Part shown: in pieces, positions 1 through 11,968 of the stretch | Layout: every line of letters starts with the position of its first letter | Numbering within the stretch: position 1 is the first letter of the stretch | Source of the DNA: Macrostomum lignano | Taxonomy: Eukaryota | Direction of reading: 5' to 3' | DNA length: 64,000 nt | Assembly (NCBI GenBank): GCA_002269645.1 | Contig: NIVC01001022.1 | Span: 372,001-436,000 of the forward strand | The notes under the pieces: model-generated | The model's input: the letters and a program-made list of their open reading frames with translations, nothing else | What the model was told of the DNA's origin: nothing | The model's database searches: none | Position numbers and translations under genes: made by a program

Positions 1-83
1 ATTAGATCTAATTCGCGACAGCTCAGGTTGCTGCCGGAGCTAACTAAGCAGCGGTTGTCGGCCAGGCAACCAAATATGCTCAC

Positions 84-1384
84 CATGGCCAGAAGCTCGT
101 CGATCTAATGAGAGCGGAGCAGCAGAGCGCCACGTTTTCTACTTCAAAAGTTAAAGCAAGAAGAGCCACAGGTGGTGATATTGCGCCCCTAGTGCTGTAC
201 GAGCTATAGCGCTCAATGCATATGGGCTGAAGTATGTAAGAATAGTCTAAGCCTTTAAGGAAAATATTCAGAATCTGGAGTGAGATTAGTATAAGAAATC
301 TGTAGGAGAGTGAGATTAAGAATTTGGGAAAGATGTTTGAGAATCCAGGAGTGAGACCAGGACTATAAGAGTCAGATTGAGAATCCGTGAGTGAGACCAG
401 GACAAGAGTCAGATTGAGAATCCAGAAGTGAGATCAGGACTCTGAGAGTCAGATTTAGAATCCAGGAGTGAGTCCAGGACTCTAAGAGTCAGATTAAATA
501 TCCAGGAGTGAGACCAGGACTCTACGAGCGTAAAAGAGGCAGATTGAGAATCCAGGAGTGAGATTAGGACTCTGAGAGTCATATTGAGAATCCAGGAGTG
601 AGATTAGGACTCAGAGTCAGATTGAGAATCCAGGAGTGAGATTAGGACTCAGAGTCAGATTGAGAATCCAGGAGTGAGACGAGGACTCTAAGAGTCAGAT
701 TGAAAATCCAGGAGTGAGAACAGGACTCTACGAGCGTAAAAGAGTCAGATTGAGAATCAAGGAGTGAGATTAGGACTCTGAGAGTCATATTGAGAATGCA
801 GAAGTGAGTCCAGGACTCTAAGAGTCAGATTAAGAATCCGGAGATTGACAATCCGGCAAGCGAGATTGACAATCCGGCTAGTGAGATTGACAATCCGGCT
901 AATGAGATTCATAATCCGGCAAGTGAGATTGACAATCCGGCAAGTGAGATTGAGAATCCGGAAAGTGAGATTGACAATCCGGCAAGTGAGATTGACAATC
1001 CGGCTAATGAGATTGATAATCCGGCAAGTGAGATTGACAATCCGGCAAGTGAGATTGAGAATCCGGAAAGTAAGATTGACAATCCGGCAAGTGAGATTGA
1101 CAATCCGCAAGTGAGATTGAGAACTCGGGATCGAGTGAGATGAATAATTAGACTCCCTGCAGAGAAACGCTTGAAAAAATGAAGACAATGGAACTTCTCC
1201 TAACCTGCGAGCCATTCAGCGAGCTCTTCGAGAACTCCCCTTGGATGAGGCACCCATGGCTCAGCTTCAGCGGCAGCAGGCCGCACTCTTGCACGGCTGT
1301 CTGCAGCCAGTCCAGCGAATGGGCCGACTGTAGCGGCACTTGAACTTGAAGGCTCGACCAAAGCGTTTCGGTTGATTGTCGCAT
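84..1384 (-). CDS. Possible 5' part of an unidentified protein-coding gene running off the left edge
   Basis: ATG at 1384 opens exactly 60 codons (MRQSTETLWSSLQVQVP...SLNGSQ) ending at a GT donor (1204). A phase-0 acceptor at 105/104 gives IDELLAM followed by gtgagc. The stretch is GC-rich in a repeat-filled background. No family recognised. Confidence 0.35.
335..1140. repeat. Degenerate minisatellite (~40-bp GAGTCAGATTGAGAATCCAGGAGTGAGA.. units grading into 21-bp GTGAGATTGACAATCCGGCAA units)
   Basis: Tandem units are directly visible and explain the repetitive ORFs 757-1215, 845-1114 and 909-1103. Confidence 0.9.
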
Positions 1385-3593
1385 CGTGTTTCGTTCAGTT
1401 TCAATTTTCTTATTTCTATGTTGCGAAATTGTCAATAAACAAGACGAGAAACGCGTCGCTCTCTTTAAGTTGATTCTGGCTGGCAAAGACGGGGACAGGT
1501 CACAGTTGGTTTTGTAACCCTAAGCCTGCCTATTCGAGGTCTTATCTATGCGAGGGGGTGGTGGGCGCGCGCGAAGGGATAGAGGGGTAAAAGTTAGTAC
1601 GCTAATTATACTGCAGCGATAAGGCTAATGTACATTGCAGCGCTAGATTGGATGAACACACTTGGATTGGCGGCGGGGAGGGGGGTTAAGAGAATGAAGT
1701 TGACTTGGCCGTTGAAATGGAGACGTTTAAGCTGTAAAGCCCTGTTCTGTCTGCCGTTTTTGTCGCACTTTAATAAACTAAACCAGTCTTTTTTATGCTT
1801 TGCTTATTTTGCGTATTGCGTGTTTACATTGCATTTTTCGTTCTCTGGATTGCACGAACCTCGGTCGGAACGGTGTGTTTCTTGTGACATTTTCGTTTGC
1901 CTGCAGACAGACAGCTGCAGCAGTGTAAAAGCAAAGGCTATATAAAAAATGCAGCAATGAAGATGCGAATAAATGCGTTCGTTATTTCTTATTTGTTTAG
2001 CTCTTGCGGATTAACTTGTTCAAATATAGCAGCATTTTTCACTTGGTCAGATGAAATGGGTAATTTGTTTTAAATACAATAAAACTGCGATAATTGATAA
2101 GTAAGACGCCCACGGCCAGAAAAGTCCCGCTAAAAAACCAGTTCAAACTAGTTTCAAACCAGATTCGCAATCTTTTTCTTTGCAAACAAACATGTTTTAC
2201 TTTTTTTATTAGCCCTGACACAAGTCAGAGCAGCAACCATATAACCAGTGACTTCAGATAAGGCTAGAGGCAAAAAATGGATTAGCTAATCCGTTATATA
2301 GCGTACGTAAGGCAGTAAATATGACTATCTTATGTAGCATGCAACCTTACAAAAGGGTTTTCGAATTTAAATAAGAAATAGATCGCTCTTAAAGCGTATT
2401 TTCATATCAGCCAGTGTTGATTAATCGCAGTCCATTTCATTTCAATCTTACGTGTTTGTGAAGTATCCAGAAATGTTGGGCTAGTTTTAAGAATTCCGTA
2501 AATAAAGCCGAATTTTTCTACTGGCAGTAGTCTCATTTAAACATTCGAGAAATATGTAGAAAATGCACGCAAATTAGCAGGTACTTTTTTTACAATTTGC
2601 GTTTAATTAAACCTTCGTTTTTTTAAACGCAATATTCTGTTGACAGATAAGTGTACAGATAAGCATTCGGTGTTTGTACACTGCTGTAAATGCAATTTTC
2701 CGTATTACGTACGCTACGGGCAGTTAGGAGTACCTCTTAATAATGAAAATGCAAAAAGAAGTTCAAATGTACTCACCCTGCTCACCCAGACAGCCATACA
2801 AGGCTAATTTTTTTTGGTAGAGTTCTCAACTTTTAGGCAACAGGGAAGAAATCGGTCATGCAAAAATTCCCTTTTTCGCCTACGCAATGTAACTATGCTG
2901 TCAAAGAAGCAAACCACAGAAGCTGCTTATAATTTTAACAGAATTAAAACAACGATAGACATGAAAAAGACAATCAATTTAGCATAATCAAGTTTATATT
3001 TTGTACAGAAAATTTTACAACTGATCTTGAAAATTTTAATAAAAATTTTAAATTAAATTAGATAAAGTTAAGCTAAAATTTAATCAGTTAAAAACGCACC
3101 ACAAAAGCATTGTCGATGATGAATTAACACTCGCTTGTCAAGAATAAACAATAGTAAAAGATTAAAAACTCCACGTGAACCTACTGGAATATTGAAATAA
3201 AATATTGTCAAACATACTAAAGACAAAGAGCTGCGCATGACAATTCCGTCAGGTATAATGGAGTCATACAATAGAATCAAAATGATCAATTAGTATTTAT
3301 TAGCTGATTATAATGTATCAATGTATAGGACAGGAATGGTAAAAAAGCACCTTACTTACGCTTTAACACGATTCAAAAGTTATTTTTGACTTAGTCGCAC
3401 ATTATAAAAATCGTCGAAACAGATGCCAAAAAACTGCTTGTTAAATGTTATAGTTAAAAAAAAATATTAAATATAAAAAAAATTGAAGAATATTTACACT
3501 AAAACGACATGTTCCACTGTTTCAATATCGAGTATAGGCTTAAATAAGTTAGGATAAAATCTTAGAAAGTCCCGCGTCAGTTGCTTAAAACAA

Positions 3594-6500
3594 TCAGTCC
3601 GTAGTGACACCAATGTAACCATCTTGTTCACGCCTGACGGTGCAGCACAGTGATACAGCAAATATCATGCACAGCAGCTGCAATTAATACGTAAGCAGTC
3701 AGTTAACCCGATAAGTTCCATGGTCTAATTGCTATTATTTAATAATTCACGCATAAATTAGTCATAAACCACTTACCTCAATAACGGCAACGCCCAGAAT
3801 CACTATCAGAGCCCATAGTCCATTTACCTCAATAAAGTTATACAATTTAGACGCACAGCCCTGCAGAATAAGAGAAAAGTTTGCGCTTATTTTTGTTAAA
3901 CATACATACCCGGTCATTCGGTACGCGAAAATGACATTTTGTTTAGTGGCCTAGCGCGGCGCTCTGATGTGCCAGCGGCCCAGGCTCGATTCCAAGTGCA
4001 GGGCCAACTCTCAAGACCCAGTGAAGTGTACATGCCTAACGATAAATAAAGTTAGGGCCGCTGTACACTCCTGTGTGAGTGTGTGCCTGTGAGTATGACT
4101 GCGTGCGTATCCGCGCGCTTGTGTGCCTGCTCAGGGGAGTCGGTGGAATGGGCAGTAATGCCCCTCGCCGGTTGTGTGACAATGTCGCTTAAAGTGCTCC
4201 AGGGTGCACACAGCCCCCTGCCTGTAATAACTAAAAACCCATGGAAATGGATGCTTCTGAAACATCACTAACCCACGGAAATGGATGCTTCTGAAACATC
4301 ACTAACCCATGGAAATGGACGCTTCTGAAACATCACTAACCCATGGAAATGGACGCTTCTGAAACATCACTAACCCATGGAAATGGACGCTTCTGAAACA
4401 TCACTAACCCATGGAAATGGATGCTTCTGAAACATCATTAACCCATGGAAATGGATGCTTCTGAAACATCACTAACCCATGGAAATGGATGCGTCTAAAA
4501 CAACACTAACCCATGTACATAATTAACCGCTAAAATGACATTTTTGAAAGCAACAATTAAAAAACCTGTCAAATCTGTCACTGTTTAAGTACTCGTAACT
4601 ATAAGCCGGTAGTCACGCACCTCAGTAAACTGTTCTCCATCGGGGGCAGTGCAAACAGCCTTAGCCATGTCTTTGCTGTAGTCATCTGTGCCATTGGCTC
4701 CACAGCAGCGCAGCCACTGCTGAGTGAATCGAATGTACTCGGGCAAAGTGGTCTCGTTTTTGTTCCGAATACCGTTCTTCAAGCTGTTGTTGATTGTAGA
4801 GTAGACCTGCAGGTAACGCGTGGAGTTGTGATTCTTTGCATTGGTTAGTTAAATAATCTCTCTGGTTATTCAGTGAGAGTTGCTACCCTCTCAGATGATT
4901 CAGTGAGAGTTCCTACCCTCTCAGATGATTCAGTGAGAGTTGCTACCCTCTCAGATGATTCTGTGAGATTTGCTACCCTCTCAGATGATTCAGTGAGAGT
5001 TGCTACCCTCAATGATCATTTAGAGAAAGATGCTACCCTCTCAGATCATTCAAGAAGAGTTGCTACCCTCTCAGAGCATTCAAGAAGAGTTGCTATCCTG
5101 TCATATCATTCAGAGAGAGTTGCTAACCTCTCAGGTGATTCAGTGAGAGTTGTTTTTCTGCCTCCGAATTCAAATATATTTAAATAAGTTACACTAGAAA
5201 ACGACAGTAGCAACTATAGTTAAATTTAATTATAACAGTAATGAGTAAATAATAATTCTAAAAGCAATGGGCTTAAGAATAGAATATTATAACAAAATAA
5301 AAACAGCTCACAGTTGGATCGGTGCGCTTCAAATACAGGAAGATTCCACCGCCAATTTCTACAATGCAGACCAGAATGACAAAGGTGCAGAATGCACCCA
5401 ATAGACAGGTAGATTCATGAAATGCGCCACAGCAGCCAAACCCAGCAGCCAAAGCTGTGATAGCACCAATCGCCATAGCAACAAACAGGGCAATGTCCAT
5501 TTCAATTTGCAAGCCAGTGCTAGCTTTGATGTTGCGCATGGTTGTGTCAAAGTAGAGAAAAAGTGATCCAGCAAGGATGGCCAGTCCAATTAACTAAATG
5601 AAAGAAGGAAATGCAAAAAGTGTTAAATCCACTACCATGTTATGCATTTGAAAATGCAGAAAAATGCTTTGTATTTTTAATTACAAAGCATATTGATAAA
5701 ACTAGAAAAGATTTTTATTGGAAAAGAAGAAAAAATTATCTCTTTTTGCTTCTTTCAAATTCTTTTTCTGATTTATCTTTTAGCTAGCAACATTTAATGT
5801 ATGTTTAAAAAATTTAATATTTAAAAGAGTTTTTTTAGTTTTGTGTCAACTATAAAAGTAGAAACCATTTTTATAAAACGCACTTGCAAAGTTAAATGAC
5901 CTTTTTAAGAGACATTTTTATAGACATTTTAGGAAATTATTACCTATTTTAGAATACATTAGCATGCATTTAGCTAAGACAACTTTTCTATTCTGGCAAG
6001 TACTATTAGACAATCTGGACCCTAGCATAAAAATAGATTTGTGACTCTAATTTCTAGCATTGAAGAGTATATTGACTATACAATTTATATCAAATGAGAT
6101 ATTTATGTAGATAGCATAAAATATATGCAGATATGCAGATATGAGATAGATAATATTTTAAATATGATAATGCTACAGATAATCAGTTGAATAAAATGTC
6201 AAGCCTAAGACTAATATCCTAATGCTATACACAATTTAACTTTATTAGCTAGGCTTAAAAATGTATACTTAAGCCTAGGTTGCTTTTATGCTATAATTTA
6301 CTATTATACAAAAAATATATCCATCCATACATACTAAACTCTTGATAGTATATATATGGACCAAAAAATTCTAGTATACAGAGGGACCTACAATACATCA
6401 TTGGCATACAACTTGGCATACAGAGATCACTAAGATAGGCCTAGCAGGTTAGGTAGGACCAAGTTCTGGGTTTTAACTATAGAGATGCTAATTCTGGTTA

Positions 6501-9500
6501 ACCAGTTAACTAAAAAACCAGTTAACAGGTTTTCAAAAACTGTTTTTTTCTAGTCCAGTTCTGGTCTCGTTTTTTGCTTCTTTTTATATCTTTGTATCAT
6601 TTTATCATATGCCATAATTAATACAAACTATTTTTACGCAATATTTATATCTATTCAACTGTAATTTACAAATTACAAGTCATGAATCATGCTTTGTAGA
6701 TGAAATATGTATTATGAAAAGGAATATGGCCTAATCTAATAATCATATTGATCAAATAAACAATGCAATATGCAATATGATTTTAATATCAAATTATCAA
6801 CTTTATTACCTATTTTTTTGTCATTAATAAATATGATTTTGTTGTGTAGTTAGATTTTGATTTGATACTTGAACTGACTGTGAACTATTAAGTCATGTTG
6901 TGTTTGTAAAAAAATATAAATTTTTTTTTAATTTTTTAGCAAATACATTATAATATTATTTACATAGCTTTTAAACAGTTAGTTTCTATTGATAATGAGA
7001 TAATGAGATCAGTCAAGAAAGCAATACATATGTATTAATGCACTGATTTACTTTTTCCAACTATTATTCCACTTTATCTATTTGCACAGGAAAAACTGCC
7101 AACCTTAACAAAATTTCCAATTAAAAATGAATAATAAATTGAATGCACCCTTTATTTGGTGATAGACAAGTATATTAAAGAAAGAAGATATAATACAAAA
7201 TCAATTTCAAGCATATTTATATGGTGCAAGCATGCTAAATGACCTTTTATGAGTGGTCTAGCAACGAAAATTGGTAAACTGGTTTTGAAACCAGTTTTGG
7301 CCAAAAACAGGTTTTAAAACCAGTTAACCAATTCCACAAAATTGACAGCTTTTGGCATCTCCTAGTACTAGTTCCCACCAATGATATATGCACAGTTAGC
7401 ATACAAAAAATGACTAAGTTCAAGTTTTGTATAGTCTCCATATGCATAGTTGGAATAGCAAAAAATTTGATCAAGAATATCTCCTAACTTAGAATCTAAG
7501 TCTTAAAAATTATGTTATAATAAACTTGTATTTGTAGGGTTCAATAAAATTTTAACGAGTATTTATAGCTATTTTAGTAAAAATTCAAAAATCAAAAGCC
7601 TAAAATATATTTTGATATTTTTTGTTTCATTATAGTATATACTATAGGCCTATAGCTATATTTTTTATAGGCATAGGCCTACAATATAAATTCACTGGTA
7701 TACATTTACGTATATTAGGTGAAATCCAAAAATCGGGGGCAAGTTTTATGAAAATTCGTTTTTTGGCAATTTGAAAGCAATAAAGCTATAAAATAAATTT
7801 ATTCAAGTTTTTAAAAGGTAAAAAAGTCTATTAAAGCACAAATTATTTTCGTATAGCTTTATTTTTAATAAAATGATTTGTTAAAATGGTAAGCTTAATT
7901 ACGACCTAAAATGAGTCTAATGAAAATGATAGAAAAGCTATAATAATGTATTTTATTAACTTTAACTATCTTATAATGTTACACTCTATAATTCTACAAC
8001 ATATTTAACATTATTTTCAAGGGTTTATTTGTTTATCACTTTCATTACTCTTGACAACGTGTATTTTGTAGAGTTCGTTTGCAATAAATTGTATTCAACG
8101 TAAGTTTATTATTTAAACATACAAATTCCCATAAGAATCGGAAAATTGCATTTTACTCAGCTTCTACTAAAGCGATTTGGAAAATTCTTTTTTTCCTGCA
8201 TACACGCCGCGATGATACATGTTTTAGTGTAATTTCATTGTTCTTCGTCACTTAATGAGCATACAGTAAGCATCTGATTTGGAAGCCGGGTAACACATTG
8301 GAATTCCCATAAGGATTGGAAAATTGCATTTTACTCAGCTTCTACTAAAGCGATTTGGAAAATTCTTTTTTTCCTGCATACACGCCGCGATGATACATGT
8401 TTTAGTGTAATTTCATTGTTCTTCGTCACTTAATGAGCATACAGTAAGCATCTGATTTGGAAGCCGGGTAACACATTGGAATTCCCATAAGGATTGGAAA
8501 ATTGCATTTTACTCAGCTTCTACTGAAGCGATTTGGAAAATTCTTTTTTTCCTGCATACACGCGGCAATGATACATGTTTTAGTGTAATTTCATTGTTCT
8601 TCGTTGCTTAATGAGCATACAATAAGCATCTGATTTGAAAGCCGGGTAACACATTGGAATTCCCATAAGGATTGGAAAATTGCATTTTACTCAGCTTCTA
8701 CTAAAGCGATTTGGAAAATTCTTTTTTTCCTGCATATACACCGCAATGATACATGTTTTAGTGTAATTTCATTGTTCTTCGTTGCTTAATGAGCATACAG
8801 TAAGCAAACTTTGCACTTTATATTAGTATGTTTTTTGCGAGTTTAAATGGTTTTAGAAAAACTTTGAAATCCTTAGAAATACTTCATCTTTTTGAATTGA
8901 ATAAAAAGTAAAACACAGATTACTTTCTGTTTTGTAAGTAGTAAAAAAATTAGCCTTCTCTAAGACCTACAAGTCTTAAAATTAATTGTTTAATAATGAA
9001 AAAAGTGAAACAAAAAATTGCAAATCAGTCAACTCGGACTTTCAAAATGATTTTTTGTGGTTTTTTCTTATTTATTCAACAATATAAAGCATGAAAACAA
9101 TAGTTTTTATCCAGAACTATTTTCTAAAGACCTATCTATCTTTCAAAAACTTTTTTTAGATACATTACTTTCCATCGAATGTCCGCAGATTTGTTTTACC
9201 GTTTTATCCCACGTTTTTAGATTTCGCCATTGGCATTAGCTAGGAAAGCAAATTTCATTCTGGCATATACCAATACACAATCCTAAAACTGGTATATACA
9301 ATACAGGCCTAACAAATTAACAATTAGGCAATATATTCTTAATAGTAAAATTGGATTAGACTTGAATAAACATAGACCTAGGCATTGTGGACCCCTATGG
9401 CTATCAGTATCAGGCTATGTCATATGTGGTGTGGCTAGATTAAATAAAAGATATAACTATAAGAAAAGTACATAGGTTAAATATTATCCTCAATCAACTA

Positions 9501-9834
9501 TGCCTTAGGCCTAGCCCATATGATAGTTTAGGCCTGCATTATAACATTATAATTATATCAATACAATACAATCAATACAATAGAATAGGCCTAGGCCTAT
9601 TATTGTCAAAAGCTAGATTTTTGGTCATACATAGGCCTATTATACACTTCTAAATATGAAATTTAATAGCCTAGAATAGCGTTTTATGAAATTCAAATTT
9701 ACAAGGACAGATAATAAATAAGTTTTAATGGCCCACAGACAAGGCAACATTAACATAATCTTACCACTTACCAGAAATAGTCCATTAATAACAATAAGCA
9801 CAACACGTAAGCATTGAGTGCACCCTTTAGCCAT
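3594..9834 (-). CDS. Tetraspanin, 5 exons, 232 aa
   Basis: Exons 9834-9772, 5593-5312, 4806-4621, 3860-3777 and 3677-3594 are all GT-AG and phase 0. Four TM segments, GFGCCGAFHES after TM2, the CCG motif in the large extracellular loop (WLRCCGANGTDDY), GC before TM4, a polar E in TM3 and TM4, and a juxtamembrane CC (SLCCTVRREQ). Confidence 0.93.
3941..4531 (+). mobile_element. tRNA-derived SINE candidate with a 34-bp minisatellite at its 3' end, in tetraspanin intron 3
   Basis: Pol III A-box-like AGTGGCCTAGCGCGG (3945-3959) and B-box-like GGCTCGATTCC (3983-3993). GC-rich body in an AT-rich intron. Flanked by the direct repeat AAAATGACATTTT at 3928-3940 and 4532-4544. Confidence 0.55.
4236..4515. 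repeat. 34-bp minisatellite (CTAACCCATGGAAATGGATGCTTCTGAAACATCA), ~8 copies
   Basis: Period 34 (ACCCA at 4271 and 4305); copies are near-identical. Confidence 0.95.
4868..5152. repeat. 30-bp minisatellite (TCAGTGAGAGTTGCTACCCTCTCAGATGAT), ~9 copies
   Basis: Tandem units are visible and explain ORF 4873-5187. Confidence 0.95.
6480..7364. mobile_element. hAT-like non-autonomous DNA transposon (MITE) remnant, in tetraspanin intron 1
   Basis: Imperfect terminal inverted repeats TAGAGATGCTAA ... TTGGCATCTCCTA, with clusters of AACCAGTT/AACTGGTT subterminal motifs at both ends and an AT-rich non-coding interior. No clean 8-bp TSD found. Confidence 0.45.
8126..8805. repeat. ~178-bp tandem repeat, ~3.8 copies
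   Basis: TTCCCATAAG recurs at 8126, 8303, 8482 and 8660, with highly similar sequence between. Confidence 0.95.
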
Positions 9835-11968
9835 AGGGCATAGTTTAGTAAGACTTTCAATTAAAATGAATATTGAAGACTTTACAGACTTGAAGACTTG
9901 TCACCTGACAAATGAAACCAATTTCACAATGAAGCTAGTATAGTATCTGAATTAACTTAATTTATTTAGTGAAAAGAGCAATTTAAATAAGACTATTTAA
10001 AGTCTAAATAGTCAATCATTAAAACAAAAATACTGTAAATAATTAACCGTACGTTAGATTAATGCGCTATATAATGCTTTAATAAAAGCTTAAACAGTTT
10101 TTTACTATAAATATATAATATTTGATAAAATATCTATTCTATTATAATTATTCTGGTTCCGCGATCGGTTATCACCAAGGCTTCCTTGAATCCTTGAAAA
10201 TCTATCCAGATCAGTTAGTCAACCAACAAAACGATATAAAATAGTAAGCACAGCCACTAAAACAATTACAGAAAGGCAGACCAATAATTGACTACAAACT
10301 GCATTTCAGTGGGATCGACGATCCATGAGAAAAAGAGGATGGAACGATGGAGTTATACTCCATATGATTAATACAAATTAATCTCTGAGCGCATCACCAG
10401 GATGTAAAACATTAGCCTCGTTGCGTAATTCTTAGGTACATCTGCACACATACGTGTTTTACGTTCATGCATGCAAATTGTAGTAGGTATGGGACTTGTT
10501 CAAAAGAATCAAGACCGAGAGTTAGTGCAGGAAATTCCATGAATTACATGCATCTTACATGTACGTATAAATGAACGTTTAAATTAACACAGCTAGAAAT
10601 GAGAGACAATGGATCGAATTTCTACCTAGCATGTATATGATGCAATCAACGATCGAAATGGCATATCGATTACAAATGACATACATGTACATGTATGTAA
10701 ATTTTGTGTACGTAGGTGCATACATGTACACTGCACATACACGTGTACATTTTAATGTAAATGAATAACGTTCTTAGATCAGCCAATAGCCAATACCTCG
10801 CAATAGCCTTTCTATATTGCACCTCCTCATTGTTAAACTTATTTTTCTACTCAAGTACATATAGAACTTGCTTGCTCTATATAGTGCTTCTTCTTAATAG
10901 TTTGCTTGCTTCAATAAAGTTCATGTACGTGTATGTACAGTACATAAGTTTTCATGTATTAGTAAGGCGATGTAAAATTATATACACAAATCAGTTGGGC
11001 TTCGGGCACGTGCCTAGAGAATTTTTTCTGGAGAATGATATGCTAGGGAATGATATATTATTACGAGTATATTTTGCCATTAAAATCGGGCACACACATG
11101 CATTATATGCAATAGCGCCAGCTATTGATGGGCTCGTAAACGTACACAAAAATTTACCTAGTACATTACTTGCACATCAGGTACATGTAGCTACTCCCTC
11201 TTGGCGAAAAAATACATGAATACATGTATATGTGTACATCTTAAAGTGGATTTGAAAGCTAACAAGCTGTTCTGTGGATGATATGTACACCGAAAATTGT
11301 AAAAATAATGATAAAAGCTTTCTTATATTTCTCTTCGATCATTACACTGGAAACATACACATGTGCTTTTGCGTACGCTATGGTTTAACAAAAAAGTTAA
11401 TGTACATACAGATTACATATACATATTGTGCATTTGGTTGTTGCAGATATCAGGACTAATAGACTAAAGTAATTTAATTATATTTTCCATGTGCAGATTA
11501 TTTAGTACAACCGTTCTACATGCTTTGCAATAAACAAAATTTACATACACAAACTCAGCATATTCCATTTAGATTCATTTAAGCAAGCTAAAAACTATAC
11601 GAGTACACTGCATCTAGCTAATATACATTACCGTAGATCATGCTAAATACATGTGCCTGTAGTTCTACTTCTTTAAAGCTACTGTATATACTTTAATATA
11701 ATAAACTTTTCTAGATTAACTGGACCTATCGCTCCTCTGTACATAAGTACACAAAGAGTAAAATAGAAACTGCATCTACATGTGTATGACTAATTTACAG
11801 ACATCATTTACGAATCGCTAAATATTACATAGTGGGTATTAATTAGCTCTCCTAGTGAGTTTAATGGTGCAATTCTACGTCATCAAGCACTATACACACG
11901 ATAACCACTTCGTGCTAAATTCGTGCTCAGGCTCAGCAGGAAGCAACCGCACTCCGATCCCGAGCCTT

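Noticed and set aside
3945-4000. Functional tRNA gene
   Set aside because: A and B boxes are present, but I could not fold a full cloverleaf or find an acceptor stem or oligo-T terminator. It fits a SINE head better.
10761-11459. ORFs 10761-11219 and 11274-11459
   Set aside because: AT-rich, no recognisable motif or splice context; most likely chance ORFs in UTR or intergenic DNA.
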